DNA from: Pecten maximus
Taxonomy: Eukaryota
DNA: 64,000 nucleotides
Assembly: GCF_902652985.1 (NCBI RefSeq)
Contig: NC_047029.1
Span: forward strand, 22,630,001 to 22,694,000
Reading direction: 5' to 3'
Part shown: in pieces, positions 53,501 through 64,000 of the stretch
How the letters are laid out: every line of letters starts with the position of its first letter
Position numbering within the stretch: the stretch's first letter is position 1
Made by a program: the position numbers and the translations under genes
Notes under the pieces: model-generated
The model's input: the letters and a program-made list of their open reading frames with translations, nothing else
Databases searched by the model: none
What the model was told of the DNA's origin: nothing

Positions 53501-56500
53501 ATAGGTAACTTGTTTGTAAGAAAACCAGTTGTATATTAGAAAACAAGAGATGACTTGTCTTTAAAGACCACCCAGGGAAGAATGAACCTGTTAGTAAAGA
53601 CCACTCAAGGTAGATAGTTAACTTGGCTATAAAGACCACTTAAGGCAGAGTTAACCTGTCTATAAAGACCACCCAGGGAAGAATGAACCTGTTAGTAAAG
53701 ACCACTCAAGGCAGAGAGTTATCCTGTCTATATAAACCACTCAAGGTAGATAGTTAACTTGTCTATAAAAACCTCAAGTCAGAGTTAACCTGTCTTTAAA
53801 GACCTCAAGACAGGGAGTTAGCCTGTTTATATAAACCACTTAAGGCAGAGTTAACTTGTCTATAAAGACCATTTAAGGTGGAGTTAACCTGTCGATAAAG
53901 AACTCAAATCAAGGAGTTAACCTTTTTATGTAAACCACTCAAGATAGAGATTTAACCTGTCTACAAAGACCTCTCAAGGCTAAAAGCTAAGCCAACCTAT
54001 CAGTAAAGACCAGCCAGGGCAAAGGCTGTCTATAAAGACCGCTCAAGACAGATCACGAACCTGTCAATGACAGCTAGTTGTTGTTCAGATATTGCTAGAA
54101 TAGCTGTTTTAAAGAGGTTGTCTATTACAAAGGTGTTTATCAGTGATATAACAAATCACAAATATAAAGCACACTTATTTTTTTTTCTTCTCGAGGCAAC
54201 ATTTTTGCTTGATATTAGCCTGAAGATTGTGTATATGATCGATGTATTCCACTAGACACCGCTGTTAACCTGCACTTTTGTCATACATGCATGAACCTAT
54301 CTATGATGATTTAGTATACTCTGCCATACACAAATGTGTCCTCTTGTGATAATTATATTTCATTATCTACATCTAAACTAGTAATTCTATTGTAATTTAG
54401 ATATAATGTTTTGACTGGTAAAATCTGTAAATATTGTTTTCTTTTAGAATCTTTAAATATTTTTTTCTTCATTTGAATTTTGATTAAGATTTTTAAAAAA
54501 ACAACAAATAAGTGTAAATAGATATAAACATGTTAATAACATAGTTCAGCAATTATGTTGTTAAACTGTACTGAGACAGTAAAACCTGTGGATATAATAT
54601 GATACATGTAGTATTGTAGTTATAAACTTCGATGTTAAAATGGTATTTTTGCATTGTGTTCCATTCCTTTTAAGTTTGCATCTTGAGACTTTTCCTATTG
54701 TTAGACTTTACCCTGTCATTGTTGATTTTTGTTTATTTTCAGATTTTGTTTACGCTTTTTTAAGACTATATATTTCACCTGAGAAATCACAAGCACGTTT
54801 TCAGCTCTCAGTGAAAATTACATAAAAATTCATAATTTTAAATCAGTTGTTTTTTCTGGAATTGGATTGTGCTGCTACCTGGCTTTGTTTTCAGAGAGTT
54901 AAGAGTAACCTTGAGTGTAAAACCTGTATCATGATGAAAATAGTTGCACATGTACTGATATTGAAATCAATTTAGACAGCATTACATGTAATTTTCCTTC
55001 ATCATTTCACAGTTCAGTACCACAAATCTGGTTGTTGTAATTTTCCTTCATCATTTCACAGTTCAGTACCACAAATCTGGTTGTTCTTTTAAACATCTTG
55101 TATTTTGGTTATTTGTTTCGCGACAAAACTACATAAGAAAGTTAAGCATTATTTTGAAAAATAAGTGGCAGGATTAATAGGTAATATTATTTTGAAATGA
55201 ACATTTCAATGCAAGTCTCGTCTAACCTATTCCATAGATTTGACAAGAAAACAAAACATTTTGGCTAATATGTTCAGGAATTTAAATAAGAATTTGACAG
55301 TTATGATGAAGCTTTATATATTAGTGAGCAGGTGGAGTGATGGAGACCAAAATTTTCAGTAAAGACACATATGTAACACCAATGCATTGTAGGTTAAAGT
55401 AATCATCAGTTATTTACGTAACTCTGATAGAAAACAAAGCCAAGGACTTTAAAGACTTGAATGATCCTTTGTTTGTGTCTGTCTTGTGCTTTATGCTTGT
55501 TGTGTAATTTTATCATAAAACAGGGAACCTGGTTCGATAAAACGAACGTAAGTGATCATGCTGTTTTGCACTGCTTGCACTTGGGTGCGTAAAGCCTGTG
55601 GCTGTCATATACTCATGTCACACCAACCTCAAAGCACAAATATTTCAGTCTCATCTACACATCAGTTCTAAGGCTATTTCCAGGCTATTTCAGGAATCAG
55701 TCCTATTAAGAAAAATAAACTGCATAATGAAGTAACTAAGAAGACTTTTCAGGGGTTTTTTCTGTCTTTTCTCTTGAAAAAAAAATGTCTTGATTTTCTG
55801 AAGTGTTCCATCTTAATGCCTATATTATATATAGACCTTTTTCTTAAATTAGGTCTAGATGTTTTTCTCTTTTCAAATTTGGATGACAATCTTCTGAAGT
55901 GTTCCATCTTAATGCCTATATTTCTTAAATTAGGTTTAGATGTTTTTCTCTTGATCTAATTTGGATTAAGATGTCTGAATCTTATCAGGTATTAGATCAA
56001 ACTTTGAAATATGTCACCAGGCAAAATATAGTCCGACTTAAATTAGATCAGTTATATTAGTTATCCTGAAACTAGACATTTATATACAAGTATCCTGAAA
56101 CTAGACATTTATATACAAGAAACCCAGATAGAAGCTAAGTTTATACAGTACATGTAACATTTCCGGGGAAAAAATCTTCTTATTATAAGTAAAGAAAAAC
56201 AGTTGAAACTTTTCTTATTACAATATATATATTTTGTATATTAGTAAATTTTAAGGTTTATCAAACAACAGGTTGTTATAAAAAAAAAAATTGATGGCAT
56301 GGTATGTTGTTCTGGCCTTGAAGACATTTAAGTATATTATTTCTGTAATTATCAATGCTGTAGTAAAACTCTCCAAGTTCTCTCATGTGTTCCTTTTATA
56401 ATACGATTGGTTGTTTTTCGGGACAAGAAGTGCCAGCTATATTAAGGTCTAATTTTCTTACAGTTTACATATGTAAATGAGATGTGATATGAAAGAGGTT

Positions 56501-59500
56501 TATTATCATGAAATAGGGCCTACTCAACAGTTATTATTATGAGGGTAATTTAGGGTATTATAATGACTTCAGTAGTACACACATTCTCAGTTGTTCTTTG
56601 ATGTGAGAGTTTGAGAGAAACTATATAAGTTTAGGAATACCATACAATTTTTGGATTCCATACAAGTTTTCGGGTACATCATAAAAGTGTTTGGGGTACC
56701 ATACAAAATTTGGGGTACACCATACAAGTTTTGGGGTACATGTATATCATATGAGTTTTGGGTACCATACAAGTTTGAGATACACAATAAAAAGTTTTTG
56801 GGGGTACCATGCATGTTTGAGATACAACATACATGTTTTGGAGCACATCATACAAATTTTGGGGGTATATTGTACAAGTTTTGGGGTATCACATGGGTTT
56901 TAGAATATACATACTGTATCAGATTTTTAGGAGGTGCTACAATGAGGAATTTGGTATGATTTGACAGCTAAGTTATGCATGGCTATGTATTCTACAGCTT
57001 ATGGCAGTTCCTGTTTACCTCTATGTACTTGTGTATGAATGCCTCATATCAAATCATGTACTGTACTGTTAATTAACGTAAATGTGTTATGTTGGAGTAA
57101 AATATGCACACAGGTTTTGTATAAAATGGTAAAATGTCGTTTTGTTAGTGCTTTATGATAAGTTATAAGGTTCAGGCTGCAGATGCTGGGAACTGGTAGG
57201 GATATGTGTGGTTGAAGTAAATTTGAACCCTGCACCACTGAATGATGTGCACCACTGGCCGAATACTACATACGTGTGATTGGGAGCACTGGTGTAATTT
57301 GTATTAATTTACCCTTCATACTTCACTGTCACAAAAAAACATATAACATGGACTAAGTCTTCCTTGTCCATATATTGTACGCCCATTGTATGTCAATTTG
57401 TAGACAATTATATCAGTTTGTGAAAATGAACTGATGACAATTTCAGCCAATTTTCTCCCTCCTTCTTAACAATGTCTTAATCACAGATCATATAATATAT
57501 TCTATTGTATAATATCACTTCTCATTATAAAGCTAAACAAATATCTATACTCGACATAATGTTATATCAACTTCCTGTTTGCTAAATAATATTACATGTA
57601 AAATTCCTGGTTTGGTAAATAACATTAATATTGTATAAGTGATCTGTTACCTATTATAGTATACATGTTATTAAAAATCTCTTGCTGCAAAATTTTATAT
57701 AAAATATCCTTATTACCTTATTCCAATGGAACCTTGTGTAAAAAGCTATAATGACATGTCACAATCATGTTACATAACAAACAAATCTTTATATATTTCC
57801 TAACCTTATATTAAATTGATATTTAATACTGATGTATCGATCTCTTTAACAGAGTTTTATAAAATATTTTCTTTGATACATATAATGCAACCTGGGGCAA
57901 ATGATTCCAGATAATGTAAAAACAGTTATAAATCTCTGTTATTTAAAGCTGATAAACCCAACTTATTGAGAAACATAAAAATGTTGATTATACTAACTTG
58001 TCTGCTACTATGTACAGAGCATGTAGATTCAGTTTTATCCGTTTTGCCTGATTACATAAAGCAGTGCATTAATTACTGCATGTGAATATGTGCATGGCAG
58101 TAATATTACAGCTCTCTCTTGCTGATTTAGAATAATAGGCTGGTATAGAAAGATAGCTATAGGACATTGCATGAAAAAGTTTTATTTAGATAAACAGCTG
58201 GTTAATAGCATGATGTGTAGTCTTTAATTGGATTAATGAAAATTGGCATTATGATAAGTCTAGGTATATACCATCATGTATATACGTACAATGATGGAAA
58301 TAGTATAGAATAGCTTATGGATAGCTGAACTTTAGCTGTAGGCCAGTTTAGTCCTTCTGCCCCACCCATTATACTTATACTCTATATCTTATCTACATCC
58401 TTCGACATATTCTTATGGTAATATATATCCCCACATTAACGGTCTACGCTCCCTCTAACAGTATCCTCTTTTATTAGTCAGCCTTGTCTTGTAAATCTCT
58501 TGACATGAATACTGTGAATCTGTTGGGTCTCACTTAACTTTGGGAATTTTTAGCAAAAATACTGAAACTCTTGATACAAAAATGTTTGGACTCTTGATCT
58601 TTATCCAAACATTGGGAGTCCTAACTGAAAAAATATCACTGTGGACCTTGCATAAATATTGGGACTATATTTTCACTTTTGAAAATATTGGGACTCTCTT
58701 AATCCTTATAAATATTGGGACTCTCTAAATCTTTATAAATATTGGGACTCTCTTAATCCTAATAAATGTTGGGACTCTCTAAATCCTTATAAATATTGGG
58801 ACTCTCTTTATCCTTATAAATATTGGGACTCTCTTAATCCTTATAAATATTGGGACTCTCTTAATCCTCATAAATATTGGGACTCTCTTAATCCTAATAA
58901 ATGTTGGGACTCTCTAAATCCTTATAAATATTGGGACTCTCTTTATCCTTATAAATATTGGGACTTTCTTAATCCTTATAAATATTGGGACTCTCTTAAT
59001 CCTTATAAATATTGGGACTCTCTTAATCCTGATAAATATTGGTACTCTCTTAATCCTAATAAATGTTGGGACTCTCTAAATCCTTATAAATGTTGGGACT
59101 CTCTTAATCCTAATAAATGTTGGGACTCTCTTAATCCTTATAAATATTGGGACTCTCTAAATCCTTATAAATATTGGGACTCTCTTAATTATTTTAAATA
59201 AGGGACTTGATCCTTGTCCTGTTGATATTTGTCTAAATATTGGGACTCTTGATTCCTGTCTAAATATTGGGACTCTGTTGATTCCTGTCTAAATATTGGG
59301 ACTCTGTTTATCCTTACATACTTACTGAGACTGTTGATCCTCACATAAATATCGAGTCAGTTGATCCTCACATAAATATCGGGACTCTCATGATCCTCTG
59401 TTGAAAACTAGGACTGTAGAATATCTGAGGACGTTAAAAATTGAGCATTTCAACATTTCTCTTATTCTGCATCTTCCGCAAAAATTGAAAATATGGGCTG

Positions 59501-62095
59501 CATAATGTCCTGAATGTATAACTTTTGAATTGCATGCATTTAGTTGGTTTACTATAGATGAAGCATCACAGAGAAAAATTAAGGATAAAAAGATATATAA
59601 ATTGATGAAGAAATAACACCAATTTTGGCATCTGAATGACTAGTGATATTGAACGTGTTGGACTCCATGGTGAGTGGCTCAGTGTACCAAGTGTTGATTT
59701 GTACTGTTGTGTCTGTTTTCAGATTAAGCAGCCCTTGTCCTGGATGTGACCCCCCATATGGCTTCAAGAATCAGCTCAAACTTGATAAAGACACCACCAG
59801 ATTTGCAGTAGGTTTTTCTTACCCAGTAACATACACTTTACTTCTTTTCAAAAAACTATTCCTTTAGTGTTCATGGAGAGATTTTGACCGAAATTGACAT
59901 GCACATTTGTACAATGAAATTAAAAATGGAGTGCAATATATATTAGCCATGAATCTCAGGATAGAGATTTATGACTTAAAAATACATTGTGAATGGTAAT
60001 TTAAGATGAGAGTTTTTCTGTATACTGAGAATTCAGTGTCCCATTGTTAAAGCGAAGAGAGGCATAACATGTTGGAAATACACACCATGTATTTCTAAAG
60101 GTAAAGTTATAACAATGAAGACAAAGGGATGTCAATTTAATTTTAGCAAAATCATCCCTTGATGAACAAGGTTCAGTATTGTTCAATTGAAGGTTAAAGT
60201 TTTGAGTAGAGAAGAATAAATGGGACAAAAATATAAGTTTTCTTCTCTAGGTTTCATAGCAAATATTAATTGATAAAATTCAATGTAAGTGATTGATTGT
60301 CTTATGACAAGTTTTACGGTATTTGGTAAATATCTAGAATCCATAATCATTTCTTGTCTTATTTTCCAAAGGCTTTTAAAAAAAAAAAAAAATAACATTT
60401 GATTTTGCATCCTATTTTACCCCATTCTGTGTGTCCATCAGTCATTCTGTCCATCCGCCACTGTGATAAATATTTTATGTTTTTAAGCAAGATTTTTTTA
60501 GGTCATTTATAGGGGCTGAAATAATTTTGAGAAAATGGGCATTCATGTTGTACCAGAGACCTATATACTAGTATATAGGTCTCTGTGTTGTACCAACAAG
60601 TTTCTAGTTTGGTATCTGGACGAGGACCACAACATATATACAACAAGCCTTGTATCCAGCCTCTGTAACAATTGTAAACTTGGCTATTCCTTCCTGTTTA
60701 CAGACTGAGGTGCGAGCTGCCAAGGTGTCTGGTAACCTGGATGCTCCTGAAGGAGGTTTTGATGCTATTATGCAGAGTCTTGTCTGTGAAGTAAGTAGTG
60801 ATGTAGTCAGAGTGATGTAATGTCGCGAATAGTCGTTGTTTACTTAGTTTATCATGATTATATCATTGGAAAATGTTAAATGACAAATTATGAAAGCGTA
60901 ATTAGTAAGCAATTTTGAACTAACAAAAAACAAACAAAAAACGATTGTTTTTGAAAATAAATTTTCAGTACATTGAATTGATGAACATCTAATGGCCATA
61001 TGTAAGTCTCCTGTAGGTTGAAAACATTTTTACATTAGGAGATTTAAAGGTAGCAATGTCTGGTTTGAAATGTTTATTTTTAAATGGAGGTTGTGACCCC
61101 TATTGGGGCAATGGTGTAGGACCTACAGGTAATAGGAGTCATGGAGGTAAGTCATTATGATCCTATTCCTGAGATACTAGTGACAGATCTGGGTCTTTCT
61201 GGGACAGACAGACGAATGGACGTATATTCATCTGTGGGTGGGGGACGTCCTGTGACAACAGTATTAAAAAGGTTTAAGTTTACTGACATCCATAAGTCAC
61301 AAATAAACTTTGCGGAAAAGTTTTGAAATTCAGTAAAATATCCTTAAAATATTGTTTTTTGTATGTCTTTTCCTGTTAACTTCTTATAGTAATGTTATAT
61401 AGTCTATCAATAGTCAATACAGTTATTGATGAGCTGCAAATCCTCAAAAACAACATTTTTGCAATATTATGTCTTTTTAGAAATTTTGTTAAATTGTAAG
61501 CATACCAGATATTTTAGGAGTATTAAGACTCTGGTCAGAAAAGATTTTGGGCATATTAATGTACTTGTATATGTACTTGTGTTATATATTTAAAATTTTA
61601 TCAAATCCATATTTCTGAATGAGAATTGAAGCCTTTAGATGATTGGGAATGCTGATCAGTTAGTAAGGAGATACACAAGTCTATAGTATATATGCCATTA
61701 TTGAGAATGGATTATAATTGCCTGGCCCCATCAGTAACACAACACTTCTCTGCTTTTACAATATTATGTTACATTACTTAAATACTTTTTGATTTTCATT
61801 TCCCATCAAACCATATACATCTTTTAAATTTTCAAACATTTCATAGATGTATCTACAAAAAAATCTCCAAAATTAATAATTCAATTTAATTTGTTAAGAT
61901 GAAGTTAATATCCATTTGACAATTAAGAATATTCCTAAAGTTAAGAAGGTATGTGTTTCTTTGGCCTGATTTATGAAGCATGAACACATATAATTTATTA
62001 TGATAATTTAGAACGAGATTGGATGGAGAGCAGCCTCACGGCGTATGTTACTATTCTCCACCGACGCAGACTTTCACTATGCAGGAGATGGAAAG
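47491..62095 (+). CDS. Integrin beta subunit (beta1/betaPS-like), 3'-partial, join(47491..47584,50482..50585,51231..51341,51649..51739,52635..52766,53272..53368,59723..59807,60704..60790,62012..62095...)
   Basis: Signal peptide [17 protein letters not shown]; PSI domain Cys pattern; [12 protein letters not shown]; [23 protein letters not shown]; [14 protein letters not shown]; [16 protein letters not shown]; [17 protein letters not shown]; IGWR...[16 protein letters not shown]. Phases are consistent. The gene continues beyond the window. Confidence 0.95.
48626..49578. mobile_element. Non-autonomous TIR transposon, 5-bp TSD
   Basis: TIR cagtgtttttgtt / aacaaaaacactg; TSD atcag; subterminal ttttcccaa repeats. 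Confidence 0.82.
50482..50585 (+). CDS. Integrin beta PSI exon
   Basis: [27 protein letters not shown]|gtaagt. Confidence 0.9.
51231..51341 (+). CDS. Integrin beta exon
   Basis: [37 protein letters not shown]|gtaaac. Confidence 0.9.
51649..51739 (+). CDS. Integrin beta exon
   Basis: [30 protein letters not shown]|gtaagt. Confidence 0.9.
52635..52766 (+). CDS. Integrin beta exon (MIDAS DxSxS)
   Basis: [30 protein letters not shown]|gtaact. Confidence 0.95.
53272..53368 (+). CDS. Integrin beta exon
   Basis: [33 protein letters not shown]|gtaagt. Confidence 0.95.
53550..54065. repeat. Degenerate 30-35-bp minisatellite
   Basis: gagttaacctgtctataaagaccactcaaggca variants. Confidence 0.85.
55524..55547 (+). 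CDS. Candidate 24-nt alternative microexon of integrin beta (inserts EPGSIKRT)
   Basis: aaacag|GGAACCTGGTTCGATAAAACGAAC|gtaagt; phase 2-2, no stop, consensus donor. Confidence 0.5.
56625..56890. repeat. Degenerate 21-24-bp minisatellite
   Basis: catacaagttttggggtacac variants. Confidence 0.75.
58683..59400. repeat. 27-bp minisatellite
   Basis: ataaatattgggactctcttaatcctt. Confidence 0.93.
59723..59807 (+). CDS. Integrin beta exon (specificity-determining loop)
   Basis: [28 protein letters not shown]|gtaggt. Confidence 0.93.
60554..60585. mobile_element. 32-bp perfect palindrome with 8-bp TSD (micro-MITE)
   Basis: cagagacctatatact|agtatataggtctctg flanked by tgttgtac on both sides. Confidence 0.8.
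60704..60790 (+). CDS. Integrin beta exon
   Basis: [29 protein letters not shown]|gtaagt. Confidence 0.95.
62012..62095 (+). CDS. Integrin beta exon
   Basis: [28 protein letters not shown]|gtttgt. Confidence 0.95.
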
Positions 62096-62537
62096 GTTTG
62101 TCTACCTGAAATGCCACAAGGGGGCGCTGACCTCCGTCAACATCTGTGGTGGACTAACATCTCTAACTCCGCAACTCGTCACCAAGTGTACCTCCTGCCA
62201 AATCTGCAAAACATGAGGTGTAATTGATATATTCAATATCACATCATAGGTCGTTGTAAGGGAAGGAATGAAGTAATTATTCTTTCTTATGTAGAGAAAG
62301 AAACATCTTAATTTGATGCAGAAAAAGACACATCTTATTTCAATGTTGAAAAAGAAACATCTTATTTTGATGTAGAAACAGTCTCATGATTGCAGGATTT
62401 GGCAGCTGGTTGGTTTTCTTTTACAATGGAAATTTGCTTTCCAGCTTCAAATCTCTCTCTGAATGAAATATTTTTATATATTGTTTGCTTCTTCATTGAC
62501 ACAAAAAAGGTTGTCCTACATTATCATTGTTGACGAT

Positions 62538-62745
62538 AGACTAATAACTATAGCTGGTCTGATCGACTTAGACTAATAGCTTCGATAGCTGGTCTAATGG
62601 ACTTTGATTAATAGCTTATATATAGTTGGTCTGATCAACTTAGATTAATAGCTTATATATAGTTGGTCTGATCGACTTAGATTAATAGCTTCAATAGATG
62701 GTCCAATGGACTTAGACAAATAGCTTATATATAGCTGGTCTGATC
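62538..62745. repeat. About 35-40-bp degenerate tandem repeat
   Basis: atagctggtctgatcgacttagattaatagctt variants. Confidence 0.8.
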
Positions 62746-63276
62746 TTTTCTTTTTAGAAAGTGTTTAAATGAATTTACAAAATTTGTTTGTGAACTATTC
62801 TCATGTGTTTTATGTGGAAAAACATAAAGGTTGATGATACCTGATCCATGTTAATGTATACTGTAATTACTGATTGGACAACCTATGTTGTGTCTTTCAC
62901 CTAATTGTATCTATCTTCTTAAGTTCACCAGGTTGATCTAAGAATTAATTTTTCGAACCCCAAATTAGAAAAAAAACAAAAACAAAAAAAAACTGAAAAT
63001 ATATTACCATATAATGTCCAAAATTACAAAGTAATAAATTTTGTTTGTAACATTTAAGTATGAAATAGACACACTTTCCAGACCTAATAACCAAAGTTCT
63101 GTTTGTCAGAACCACAATGAAACTGACATGGTCATCTGGATTATTTAACAAAAGTGATACATCAAGGTGAAATTTTTATTTAATCCTCACTTTAAGGCTA
63201 ACCTACCCGGTTATAACATATATTCCTTTGGTAGATTGGTACTATTTGAGCTGATACATTGACCCTGCTCCCTTTA

Positions 63277-63935
63277 GGTCCAGTAGGTAATCCAGTCACC
63301 TTCAGGCCTACTAGATAATCCACTCACCCTTAGACCCACTAGATAATCCAGTCACCTTCAGGCCTACTAGATAATCCAGTCACCTTCAGACTAAGTAGGT
63401 AATCCAATCATCTTCAGATCCAAAATATAATCCAGTCACCTTCAGGTCCAATAGATAATCCAGTCACCTTCAGGTCCAATAGATAATCCAGTCACCTTCA
63501 GGTCCAATAGATAATCCAGTCAACTTCAGGTTCAATAGATAATCCAGTCACCTTCAGGTCCAATAGATAATCCAGTCACCTTCAGGTCCAATTGATAATC
63601 CAGTCATCTTCAGGCCTAGTAGATAATCCAGTCACCTTCAGGTCCAATAGATAATCCAGTCACCTTCAGGTCCAATAGATAATCCATTCAACTTCAGGTT
63701 CAATAGATAATCCAGTCACCTTCAGGTCCAATAGATAATCCAGTCACCTTCAGGTCCAATAGATAATCCAGTCATCTTCAGGCCTAGTAGATAATCCAGT
63801 CACCTTCAGGTCCATTATATAGGTAATCCGGTCACCTTCAGGTCCAATAGATAATCCAGTCACCTTCAGGTCCAATAGATAATCCAGTCATCTTCAGTCA
63901 CCTTCAGGTCCAATAGATAATCCAGTCACCTCCAG
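63277..63935. repeat. 28-bp minisatellite, about 23 copies
   Basis: aggtccaatagataatccagtcaccttc. Confidence 0.95.
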
Positions 63936-64000
63936 ACCAAGTGAATAACAGTTACTTTAAGTTAACCAGACTTTTTTTCAGCCTAATTTTAGCCTAATAC

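Noticed and set aside
57218-57295. AG followed by [12 protein letters not shown], with Pro-Cys at the same offset as in the integrin SDL exon; possible mutually exclusive or decayed exon
   Set aside because: In-frame TGA, no pyrimidine tract, no GF/YxN motif or good donor. The CxxxxC pattern comes from a local tgcaccactg duplication.

Overview
AT-rich, intron-rich animal genomic DNA; the repeat types resemble those of bivalve molluscs (inference). Four protein-coding genes could be rebuilt by hand from splice sites and phases, arranged as two head-to-head pairs. (1) First coding exon of a DAPK/STK17-family kinase (minus strand, 11628-11761); no further exon was recognised, so the rest probably lies left of the window. 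(2) Complete bifunctional CoA synthase COASY (plus, 8 coding exons, 14077-21206, about 547 aa). (3) Complete UBE3D/E3D-like ubiquitin ligase (minus, 8 exons, 39476-27665, about 410 aa). (4) 5' part of an integrin beta subunit (plus, 47491 to beyond 62095). Non-coding DNA is packed with minisatellites, MITEs with 5-, 8- and 9-bp TSDs, V-domain tRNA-SINEs, a Helentron-type element carrying a 155-bp satellite, and tRNA-containing miniature LTR elements (one complete, recent copy plus solo LTRs). The most interesting signals are: tandem arrays built from real exon-intron junctions in three genes, which create dozens of decoy splice donors; a frame-preserving 24-nt candidate microexon next to the integrin specificity-determining loop; the tRNA-LTR TRIM; and 32-bp and 83-bp palindromic micro-transposons with exact TSDs. 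Almost all short ORFs in the supplied track are spurious.
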